This document shows, in pieces, positions 56,147 through 64,000 of a stretch of 64,000 nt of DNA. A program made the position numbers and the translations under genes. Where the stretch lies: contig OMWW01000001.1 of NCBI GenBank assembly GCA_900314865.1, positions 1,457 to 65,456 on the forward strand, read 5' to 3'. Positions within the stretch are counted from its first letter, which is position 1; each line of letters starts with the position of its first letter. Origin of the DNA: an uncultured Erysipelotrichaceae bacterium. GTDB taxonomy: Bacteria; Bacillota_I; Bacilli_A; RFN20; CAG-826. The notes under the pieces are model-generated. The model was not told the DNA's origin, ran no database searches, and saw only the letters and a program-made list of their open reading frames with translations.

Positions 56147-56245
56147 AATTGTATCACCACCTTCCACATATCTATATTATAAATATTTATAATAAATGTA
56201 TACAAAAAGGAGAGCGAACTCTCCAATTTATGAGTTAATTTTCTC

Positions 56246-56701
56246 TTAATACAACTTATGAGTCATCGCTTCGTATTCAGCGTATAACTTTAAGCACGCT
56301 TTTCTATCTAATTCGATGACAAGTTTTTCTCTTTCACCAGGTTGTTGCATTTCATAGAATTTTGCATCTCTGAATCCAATCTTTTCGGTATCAAAGATAT
56401 TACATCCGTAATAAACCTTTTCAATATTAGCCCAAAGGATTGCACTCATACACATTGGACATGGGTCACCAGTTGTGTATAATTCACAACCACTTAAATC
56501 AAATGTACCAAGTTTCTTACACGCTTTATGAATTGCCATCATTTCACCGTGACAAGTTGGGTCATTGTTCTTAAGAACTTGATTGTGTCCCTTTCCTACA
56601 ACCACTCCATCTTTAACGATAACTGCGCCAAAAGGTCCACCATGTTGATTACGGATACCTTTTCTTGCTTCGGCAATTGCCATTCTCATGTATTTGTTCA
56701 T
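56246..56701 (-). CDS. CDA-fold nucleoside/nucleotide deaminase (TadA/guanine-deaminase-like)
   Basis: Zinc-binding motifs CHGEMMAI and PCPMCMSAI (HxE...PCxxC). Confidence 0.75.
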   Translation of the reverse strand: MNKYMRMAIAEARKGIRNQHGGPFGAVIVKDGVVVGKGHNQVLKNNDPTCHGEMMAIHKACKKLGTFDLSGCELYTTGDPCPMCMSAILWANIEKVYYGCNIFDTEKIGFRDAKFYEMQQPGEREKLVIELDRKACLKLYAEYEAMTHKLY

Positions 56702-56741
56702 TATCTATAACCTGCTTTCTTCTTAATTATACATTATAAAA

Positions 56742-57779
56742 TTATTTATGATTATGCTTTTCTTTCCACTTCAAATAAACGCGTTCATAATACTCTTTCC
56801 AAGTCTTCATTAAAACGTTCTCATTATAGAAATCAGAGATGAATTTTGAGTTATCACATTGTTCGTTATAGTAGGATAAATCATTAGCGAGTCTATTTAA
56901 CTCTTTACTATATTCTTCAACTGACTCTCCAGAAGCATATTTAGAAAATAGAATTGGTTTATATAAGCTTAAATTTTTAAGCAAAATTGGTTTATGAACA
57001 TTCGCCATTTCTAAGATTGTCATAGGGAAAAGTTCCATGTGTGAAGGCATAAAAAGAACATCGACTGTATTAAAAACCTCGTTCATGTATTTTCGATCAA
57101 TAATTTGAATATGCATCATGTTTTGAGGTAAGTTTTCTAATAATTTCTTATATTTTTTATACCCGTGCATGATTCTTCCAAATGAAAATCCACCAACCCA
57201 CACAAAGAATAAATCTTGGTTATATTTTGCGGTCTCCACAAATTCATCAAACCCTTTTCTAGTTTGAATTTGTCCGCATCCCAAAACAATGAATTTATCT
57301 ACTGGAAGATGATATTTCTCTTTCAGTTTAACGATTTCATCTTTAGGAAGAGGAGCGAATTTATCGTGATCAACAAAGTTAGGAATATAGGTTATTTTTT
57401 CTCTAGAAATTTTAAGCTTTTCCAAGTCTTCAATAAAGCAAGGATTGACCACCACTAATTCATCAGCTTTACGATAAAATCCTTCTACATATTTATCAAA
57501 GACCCACTCTGCAAAACGAGGGAGTTTAATACTCTCATGGTTTTTAGCAGGAATAAAATGAACATAAACAATATTGAGATGCTTTTTATTCATCCTCATC
57601 CTGTACGATGGATTTACACTATGGATATGATAAATATCAAAATCTCTCTTTTTAGAGTTAATGGAAATATCAAAATCTTCTATCTTATTTACTAGATTAA
57701 CTTGTTCACGATATGCGCTTCCAACACCTTGTCCTTTCGCGGATTCAGCCTTAGAAAGCATATTAATCTTTAACTTCAT
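56742..57779 (-). CDS. GT4-family glycosyltransferase (possibly glycolipid synthase)
   Basis: GT-B fold C-terminal block ...FMPSHMELFPMTILEMANVHKPILL (E-x7-E region) typical of GT4. Confidence 0.65.
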   Translation of the reverse strand: MKLKINMLSKAESAKGQGVGSAYREQVNLVNKIEDFDISINSKKRDFDIYHIHSVNPSYRMRMNKKHLNIVYVHFIPAKNHESIKLPRFAEWVFDKYVEGFYRKADELVVVNPCFIEDLEKLKISREKITYIPNFVDHDKFAPLPKDEIVKLKEKYHLPVDKFIVLGCGQIQTRKGFDEFVETAKYNQDLFFVWVGGFSFGRIMHGYKKYKKLLENLPQNMMHIQIIDRKYMNEVFNTVDVLFMPSHMELFPMTILEMANVHKPILLKNLSLYKPILFSKYASGESVEEYSKELNRLANDLSYYNEQCDNSKFISDFYNENVLMKTWKEYYERVYLKWKEKHNHK

Positions 57780-57879
57780 AAGTTAATTGTATATTAATAG
57801 CATAAAAAAGAAAGTGTTTATTTATTGTAAGCAAGTATCTTATAATTTAGATACTTTTGAGCATAAAGGAGGAAAAAGC

Positions 57880-59280
57880 ATGATTAGTAAAAAACTCGCG
57901 ATTGAAGTTCTTAATGAAATGCTATCCACCGGAAGTGATTATGCCGAAATATTTGTTGAATACACCACATCAAGTGGAGTTACCATTGAAAATGGTAAAG
58001 TATCTTCAAGTTCATTCAATATTACTTCTGGAGCAGGATTAAGATTATTAAAAGAGAATAGATGTGTATATGGTTACACTGCTGATTTAAGTAAGAAAAG
58101 TCTATTAACTTTAGCGTCATCTTTAAATAAATCATTTAATGATAAACGCTTATTAACTGTTGAAAAGTTGGACTTAATTAAATCTAAAAATAGAAACGTC
58201 ATCGTTAAGTCTTATGATGATGTTCCACTTGAAGACAAAATCAAATTAGTTAGAGAAGGTACTGACGAAATTGCGTCTATGAATGATCCACGTATTGTGA
58301 GATCAATCGGAAGCTTTGGAAGTACACATAGAAAAGTAGAAATCTATAACTCTAAAGGTAAATGGTTCACAAGAGACAGTGAATTCGCTAGATTAGCCTA
58401 TTCTGTAGTCGTCGCTGACGAAAATGGAATGGAAACTGGATTTGAAGGACCAGGATGCCAAATGGATATGTCTTACTTCAAAAACAACAAAGAACCAAGA
58501 AAAGTTGCATGTAAAGCTGCTGAAACCGCTCTACTTATGTTAACAGCCAAAGAATGTCCATCTGGAAAAATGCCAGTAGTTATTGGCAATGGTTGGGGTG
58601 GAGTCCTTTTCCATGAAGCATGTGGACATCCACTTGAAGCTAGTGCAGTTAGTAGAGGATTAAGCTGTTTCACTGGTAAAGAAGGGGAAATGATTGCCTC
58701 TCCAATCGTCACTGCGGTTGATGATTCCACTATTCCAAATGAATGGGGCTCAATTGATATTGATGATGAAGGTAATCTAGGAGAAAAGAGAGTCTTAATT
58801 AAAGACGGCAAACTCGTTAACTTTATGATTGATGACTTCAATGGAAGAAGAATGAACCGTCAAGGTAATGGTTCTTGCCGTAGACAAAACTATAAATACT
58901 GCCCAACAAGCCGTATGAGTAATACCTACATTGATAACGGTAAATCCACACCTGAAGAAATCATTGCTGCTACAAAATTAGGTTTATATGCAGTAGGTTT
59001 CAATGGAGGAAGCGTTGATCCAACCACTGGTGAATTCAACTTCGGTTGTTCAGAAGCTTACATTATTAGAGACGGAAAAATCTGTGAACCAGTTAAAGGC
59101 GCAACCTTAATTGGTAAGGGTGAAGAAATCCTTAAAAAGATTGATATGGTTGGAAATGATCTCGCCTTAGCTCAAGGTATGTGTGGCGCTGCTAGTGGTA
59201 GTATCCGCACGAATGTTGGTCAACCTACATTACGTATTAGTGAAATCACTGTTGGTGGTAGAGGAGGCGAGTTAAAATAA
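57880..59280 (+). CDS. tldD: Metalloprotease TldD
   Basis: Start at ATG 57880 (RBS AAAGGAGG); HEACGH zinc motif; TldD/PmbA fold length. Confidence 0.85.
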   Translation: MISKKLAIEVLNEMLSTGSDYAEIFVEYTTSSGVTIENGKVSSSSFNITSGAGLRLLKENRCVYGYTADLSKKSLLTLASSLNKSFNDKRLLTVEKLDLIKSKNRNVIVKSYDDVPLEDKIKLVREGTDEIASMNDPRIVRSIGSFGSTHRKVEIYNSKGKWFTRDSEFARLAYSVVVADENGMETGFEGPGCQMDMSYFKNNKEPRKVACKAAETALLMLTAKECPSGKMPVVIGNGWGGVLFHEACGHPLEASAVSRGLSCFTGKEGEMIASPIVTAVDDSTIPNEWGSIDIDDEGNLGEKRVLIKDGKLVNFMIDDFNGRRMNRQGNGSCRRQNYKYCPTSRMSNTYIDNGKSTPEEIIAATKLGLYAVGFNGGSVDPTTGEFNFGCSEAYIIRDGKICEPVKGATLIGKGEEILKKIDMVGNDLALAQGMCGAASGSIRTNVGQPTLRISEITVGGRGGELK

Positions 59281-60605
59281 TGAAATTTGATAAGTTTTTT
59301 GCCCTCTGCAAAGAAAAGGGTATTGAAGAAGCAGAAATCTCTGTTTATAACTCTTATTCATTATCATTCTCTTTATTCCATGGTGAAGTCGATTCCTATT
59401 CCAGTAGTGAATCTGCAACCTATTTAGCTAGAGGAATTTATAAGGGAAAATTAGGAGCAATTGTTTCTGACGTCTATAACAATAATCTCGCAGAAACATT
59501 TGTCGATAAAATTATTGAGAACGCTTCAGTGATTGAAAACGACGATCCTGTATTTATTTTCAAAGGAAGCGAAAAATACAGGAAAATCTCCACTTTTAAT
59601 AAAGAATTAGGAAAAATTTCCGCAGATACAAAACTTAATTTGCTCTATGATTTAGAAAAGAAAATCAAAGAAGCAGATCCTCGCGTTATCGAAGTTGAAT
59701 CTGTAGGCTATGAAGAAGGTAGCACTTCCTCTTTGATTTTAAATAGTCATGGATTAAAGCTCTCACAAAAGAACAACAATTTCATCTATTATGGCGGCGC
59801 AGTCGCTAAAGAAGGTGAACAAGTTAAAACAGGATTTGATATCTTCTTTGGAAACGATTTCTCCAAATTCAATGTTGACGAATTAGCAAAAAGTATTGTC
59901 AAGAAAGCAACAAGTAAATTAGGTGGATATCAATGTGAAAGTTCAACCTACAAAGCAGTTTTATCTCAAGACGTTGTTAAGTCACTTTTGTCAGCTTATG
60001 TTGCTAGCGCTATTGCAGAAGATGTCCAAAAGAACTCATCTTTGTTTGTGGGAAAATTAAATCAAAAAGTTGCTTCTAGAAAAGTAACAATTGAAGATAA
60101 ACCACTTGCTAAAACAGTGTTCGCCCGTTCCTTTGATGATGAAGGTGTTGCTACAAGTAATATGCCTGTTATCAAAAACGGCGTGCTTATGAATTATTTC
60201 TATAACTTAACAACTGCCGCTAAAGATGATGTTCAAAGTAATGGACACGGATCTGTTGGTGGAGGAAGCAAAGTCTATACCTCAACCTGGTATTTAGAAA
60301 TGAAACCAGGAAAGAAATCCTTAGATGAACTCTTCCAAGAAATTGGTAATGGTGTTTATATCACTGAAGTTCAAGGCTTACACGCTGGATTGAACCCAAG
60401 AAGTGGTAATTTCTCGCTTCAATCAACTGGATTCATGGTGGAAAATGGTAAAGTCACTCATGGATTAGATATCATCACTGTTTCAGGCAATTTAGTGGAT
60501 CTCTTCCATAACATCACTTCTGTTGGATCTGATTCTAAAGAATTCATGTCAGGAATTAAATGTCCATCAGTAATTGTAAAGAAAATCAAAGTTTCTGGTA
60601 AATAG
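59280..60605 (+). CDS. pmbA: Metalloprotease PmbA/TldE (TldD partner)
   Basis: Overlapping start with tldD (ATAATG); PmbA/TldD family C-terminal Gly-rich block. Confidence 0.8.
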   Translation: MKFDKFFALCKEKGIEEAEISVYNSYSLSFSLFHGEVDSYSSSESATYLARGIYKGKLGAIVSDVYNNNLAETFVDKIIENASVIENDDPVFIFKGSEKYRKISTFNKELGKISADTKLNLLYDLEKKIKEADPRVIEVESVGYEEGSTSSLILNSHGLKLSQKNNNFIYYGGAVAKEGEQVKTGFDIFFGNDFSKFNVDELAKSIVKKATSKLGGYQCESSTYKAVLSQDVVKSLLSAYVASAIAEDVQKNSSLFVGKLNQKVASRKVTIEDKPLAKTVFARSFDDEGVATSNMPVIKNGVLMNYFYNLTTAAKDDVQSNGHGSVGGGSKVYTSTWYLEMKPGKKSLDELFQEIGNGVYITEVQGLHAGLNPRSGNFSLQSTGFMVENGKVTHGLDIITVSGNLVDLFHNITSVGSDSKEFMSGIKCPSVIVKKIKVSGK

Positions 60606-60700
60606 TACATATGAAATGAAGAAGGTAGACCTTTGGTCTACTTTTTTCTTTTCTTTTTTTATTTATTTAGTTTATAGTTCCGTTATATAATAACGGCAAG

Positions 60701-62140
60701 ATGGAAGAAAACAAAAACATTCTAAAACAATGGGTAATCTCCGCGATTAACAATAGAAGTAGTAAGGAACTCAAAGAAATCTTTGAAACTATTCCTAATA
60801 TCGATATTGCTGAAGCGATTGCAGATGTAGAAGATCCAAAACAACTTCTATACATTTTTAGAGTGGTTGGAAGCGAATACTCTGCTGAATTCTTTGCGGA
60901 ACTTTCTCCAGAACAACAAGAAATCATCATTAACGCTTTCTCTGATAAAGAATTAATCGCTCTTATTTCTGATTCCTACGCTGATGATATCGTTGACACT
61001 ATTGAAGAAATGCCTGCAAACATTGTTAATAGAGTGTTAAAAGCTTGTCCAAAAGACTTAAGAGGCGACGTTAATCGCTTACTTAACTATAAAGAAAACA
61101 CTGCTGGTTCAATAATGACCACCGAATTTATCGAAATGAAAGATTCGATGAGTGTTAAAGAAGCTATTGAAACTATCAGAACCAAAGGAAAAGACGCAGA
61201 AACCGTCTATACCATCTTTGTTAGAGATAATAAAAGAACCCTTGTTGGCACTGTTGAATTATCTGACTTAATCTTTGCCAAAGAAGATGAACTCTTAGGA
61301 GAAATCATGGACAAAGACTTTGTTTCTTGTAATGTTAACGACGACCAAGAAGATGTTGCTAAAAAGTTCAAACGTTATGACTTAACTGCTATGGCAGTAG
61401 TAAATAGTGAAAATAAGATCGTTGGTATTATTACTATCGATGACGTTGTCGATATTATGGAACAAGAAGTCAGCGAAGATATCGCTCACATGGCGGCTAT
61501 TACCGACATGGAAGATCCATATCTTAAAACACCAACTTTAAAGCTTGTTCTTAAATGTGTGCCTTGGATTATCGCATTAATGATTCTTCAAGTCTTCACC
61601 ACTTTAGTCTTATCAAGATTCGAAACAGTTATCGCACAATTTGCAATTCTTGCGGTCTTCACTCCTCTTATCATGGACGCAGGAGGAAATTCTGGTGGAC
61701 AAACCACCACTATGATTGTTCGTTCTCTTTCTTTGGATGAATTCTCAAGAAAAGACTACGGTAAAGTCATTTGGAAAGAATTACGCGTTGCTTCAATTAT
61801 TGCAGTTATAGTTGCGTTATTTTCATTTGGCTGGTTAATGTTTGAAATGTCAGTTGGTATCGTAGATACAGAAAGTATAAAAGCATTAGGAAGAGACAGT
61901 ATTTATGCTGATATGGCATTTATTGCTATGCTTGTATCTTCAACCTTATTTGTCACTATGATCATTTCAAGACTTGTCGGCGCATCTCTTCCATTCCTTG
62001 CAAAGCTCATAAAACTTGATCCTGCAGTCATGTGTGGACCAATTACTACTACTGTTGTAGATATCGTTTCACTTTGTACTTACTTCATTATGTGGGTTTT
62101 CGTAATTGCTCCTCAATTAGGTATATTGGTTAATTTATGA
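60701..62140 (+). CDS. mgtE: Magnesium transporter MgtE
   Basis: MgtE N-domain, CBS pair and C-terminal TM domain with the conserved PLIMDAGGNSGGQ block. Confidence 0.9.
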   Translation: MEENKNILKQWVISAINNRSSKELKEIFETIPNIDIAEAIADVEDPKQLLYIFRVVGSEYSAEFFAELSPEQQEIIINAFSDKELIALISDSYADDIVDTIEEMPANIVNRVLKACPKDLRGDVNRLLNYKENTAGSIMTTEFIEMKDSMSVKEAIETIRTKGKDAETVYTIFVRDNKRTLVGTVELSDLIFAKEDELLGEIMDKDFVSCNVNDDQEDVAKKFKRYDLTAMAVVNSENKIVGIITIDDVVDIMEQEVSEDIAHMAAITDMEDPYLKTPTLKLVLKCVPWIIALMILQVFTTLVLSRFETVIAQFAILAVFTPLIMDAGGNSGGQTTTMIVRSLSLDEFSRKDYGKVIWKELRVASIIAVIVALFSFGWLMFEMSVGIVDTESIKALGRDSIYADMAFIAMLVSSTLFVTMIISRLVGASLPFLAKLIKLDPAVMCGPITTTVVDIVSLCTYFIMWVFVIAPQLGILVNL

Positions 62141-62646
62141 AATTAACTCCTGAAAGAAAAGAAAACTTAGAAAATATGTATCAAACCCTTCTTAACGATG
62201 AAAGAGTCAAGAAGATGAAAGATATACCAATGCATTTTGGTTCAAATTGTTATGAACATTCTTTTAAAGTTGCTAGACTCGCAATCAAAAGAGCGTTAAG
62301 ACATAAAGAAGTTAATATTGAAGCATTATTAATCGCTGCGATATTCCATGACTATTATCTCTATGATTGGAGGGTTGAAAAAGATAAGAAGAGATCTCAT
62401 GCTTCTAAACATCCATATATCGCTGCTGAACAAGCTGAAAGAGATTTCAAAATCTCTAAAGAATCAAAGAAAATCATTAATTCCCATATGTGGCCAATCA
62501 ATTTCAAAGATTTCCCAAATAGTAAGGAAGCTCGTATTCTCACTCTAGCGGATAAAGCAATCGCTACAGTGGAATTCATGTCCTCCACAAAAAGTAAGAA
62601 AAAACATCGTGAAGAGACATTAAAAGAAATAAGTACACTGTTTTAA
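62137..62646 (+). CDS. HD-domain phosphohydrolase
   Basis: H...HD motif (AAIFHDYYLYDW) and downstream His/Asp ligands; start overlaps the mgtE stop. Confidence 0.6.
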   Translation: MKLTPERKENLENMYQTLLNDERVKKMKDIPMHFGSNCYEHSFKVARLAIKRALRHKEVNIEALLIAAIFHDYYLYDWRVEKDKKRSHASKHPYIAAEQAERDFKISKESKKIINSHMWPINFKDFPNSKEARILTLADKAIATVEFMSSTKSKKKHREETLKEISTLF

Positions 62647-62677
62647 TAAAAACAAGTAATATAGTTATTGGTTTGTT

Positions 62678-63601
62678 ATGAACAAAAATAAGGTTATATC
62701 CCTTGTTGGATTAGTTATCGTTGTTTTTCTTTGGGGCATCGCCCCTGTCTTTTCAAAATATGTATTTGATAACGGTTACTATTCCCCTGCTTTATTAGTT
62801 ACTCTTAGAGGCGCCTTATCAATTGTGGTGATGGGAGTTTTCATCCTTATCACAAAAGGTTTCAAAGAAGTTAAAAAAGCATATTTAATCTGTATTCCCG
62901 CTGGAATAATCTTAGGAGCAGCGTATTTATTCCAATTCATTGGTTTAGAAACCACCACTCCTGCTAAAAATACATTCTTAGAATCATTATCTTGTATTGC
63001 GGTTCCTGTTTGTATGTTTTTACTAGTAAGAGAAAAACCAACTTTAGCCTCTATAGGTGCTGCTATTATATGTTTAGTTGGTTCATTTGTTTTATGCGGA
63101 AATGGTTTAGATTTCTCCGCTATGTTTACCGCTCCTACAACTGGAGATATTTTAAGCGCTATAGCGGGTATCCTTTTTGGTATCGATATTGCCTTTACTA
63201 AGGTGTTTGCCAAAGGAAAGAACCCACATGTATACGTCTTTTTCCAACTCATTATCTTGACAATAATGGCCTTAATCTATTCCTTATCATTTGAAAGACC
63301 GTTATTATTCTCTTATAGATGGGATAACTTACTTATCCTCGTCTTCTTAGGTGTTTTCTGCACCGCCTATTGTTGGGTTACTAGAACCATTTGTATTCGT
63401 AACGTCAGTGCGGTTACCTGTGCAGTCTTAATGCCTATGAGTGCAGTTATTTGTACTTTAGCAAGTATCATCTTTAGATTAGAATCATTTTCTTGGAATG
63501 TTGTGGTTGGAGGTGTGATTATCACCTTCGCGATCGTCCTAAGTGGAATATATGATGCGATAAATGAAAAGAAAAAGGAGACAGCAAATGAGCAAAATTA
63601 A
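62678..63601 (+). CDS. EamA/DMT-family transporter (10 TM)
   Basis: Two-fold repeated five-TM topology typical of EamA. Confidence 0.6.
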   Translation: MNKNKVISLVGLVIVVFLWGIAPVFSKYVFDNGYYSPALLVTLRGALSIVVMGVFILITKGFKEVKKAYLICIPAGIILGAAYLFQFIGLETTTPAKNTFLESLSCIAVPVCMFLLVREKPTLASIGAAIICLVGSFVLCGNGLDFSAMFTAPTTGDILSAIAGILFGIDIAFTKVFAKGKNPHVYVFFQLIILTIMALIYSLSFERPLLFSYRWDNLLILVFLGVFCTAYCWVTRTICIRNVSAVTCAVLMPMSAVICTLASIIFRLESFSWNVVVGGVIITFAIVLSGIYDAINEKKKETANEQN

Positions 63602-64000
63602 TGTTTATAGTGAAATTGGTAAACTCAAAACTGTTTTACTTCATGAGCCTGGAGATGAAATCCATAATCTGACTCCAAAAAGATTAGATGATTTACTCTT
63701 CGATGATATTCCTTGGCTTCCTTTAGCAAAAAAAGAACATCAACAATTTGCAAAAACCTTTATCGATAATGGTGTACACGTCGTGTACCTAGTTGATTTA
63801 GTAAGTGAAGCTATTGATGCATCTAAAGAAGTCAAAGAACAATTCATTCTTCAATTTGTCAAAGAGGCAAATATCAATTCAGATGCGATTAATAAGCTAG
63901 TAATTGAGTATTTACATAAATATGAAGACACGAAAGAGTTAGTAAAGAAAACAATCGCTGGAATCAAAAAGAAGGAACTTCCTACATGTGAAAAGTCCAC
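63588..64000 (+). CDS. arcA: Arginine deiminase, N-terminal part (continues beyond window)
   Basis: MSKINVYSEIGKLKTVLLHEPGDEIHNLTPKRLDDLLFDDIPWLPLAKKEHQQFA matches the arginine deiminase N-terminus; RBS AAGGAG. Confidence 0.8.
   Translation, partial: MSKINVYSEIGKLKTVLLHEPGDEIHNLTPKRLDDLLFDDIPWLPLAKKEHQQFAKTFIDNGVHVVYLVDLVSEAIDASKEVKEQFILQFVKEANINSDAINKLVIEYLHKYEDTKELVKKTIAGIKKKELPTCEKS

Noticed and set aside
1631-62588. Numerous 60-135-aa ORFs in the track that lie inside or antisense to the large genes (e.g. 1631-1948, 2190-2498, 4272-4469, 10292-10516, 17042-17284, 19035-19382, 44532-44939, 47392-47724, 48613-48981, 62779-63252)
   Set aside because: All are embedded in or antisense to long ORFs with clear homology or strong coding character. 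They have no RBS and low-complexity or hydrophobic translations typical of antisense AT-rich DNA.
1-64000. Possibility of UGA-as-Trp (Mycoplasma/Spiroplasma) genetic code
   Set aside because: Trp is abundantly encoded by TGG in every gene, and long ORFs are intact under the standard code. No evidence of in-frame TGA in conserved proteins such as GH32, TldD or MgtE.

Overview
The window is AT-rich and uses the standard genetic code, with TGG Trp throughout and long uninterrupted ORFs. Surface proteins are all lipoproteins or proteins with C-terminal or N-terminal membrane anchors, and none carries LPXTG. Together with arginine deiminase and a GT4 glycosyltransferase, this gives a wall-less Firmicutes/Mollicutes-like (Acholeplasma- or Erysipelotrichia-like) flavour, but the organism cannot be identified from sequence alone. 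The window falls into four parts. (1) Bases 1-21.4 kb are one long minus-strand fructan/sucrose utilisation locus. It encodes a PfkB fructokinase, two paralogous anchored surface proteins, a cytoplasmic GH32, a lipoprotein with four CBM-like repeats, a LamG-GH32 lipoprotein, ABC permeases with a binding lipoprotein, a LacI regulator, a giant anchored GH32 and an MsmK-like ATPase. Two identical LacI-type operator palindromes sit in it. (2) Bases 21.9-37.3 kb are an accessory island that ends at a tRNA-Ala gene next to a RhuM-family gene. It carries at least six intact and three decayed paralogous small genes. Each encodes a Nif11-like double-glycine leader followed by a Cys-rich zinc-ribbon-type core (CPxCG...CxxCG). 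Each has its own copy of a conserved module: hairpin terminator, then promoter with tandem TGTGRCAC boxes. The same boxes precede a HipA-like kinase gene and a secreted GxSxG lipase gene. A Phd antitoxin gene overlaps a ParE-like toxin that is fused in frame to a GNAT acetyltransferase. The island also holds MsrA, membrane proteins and a disrupted large surface-protein gene. No PCAT exporter or RiPP-modifying enzyme lies in the window. (3) Bases 37.3-54 kb encode surface and membrane proteins: a dual-HTH membrane-anchored regulator with a beta-helix ectodomain, a BspA-type LRR lipoprotein, a ROK kinase, large lipoproteins, MscS and a DinJ-like fragment. (4) Bases 54-64 kb are housekeeping genes: a sirtuin, an orphan Phd-like antitoxin, a deaminase, GT4, TldD/PmbA, MgtE, an HD hydrolase, an EamA transporter and the start of arginine deiminase.
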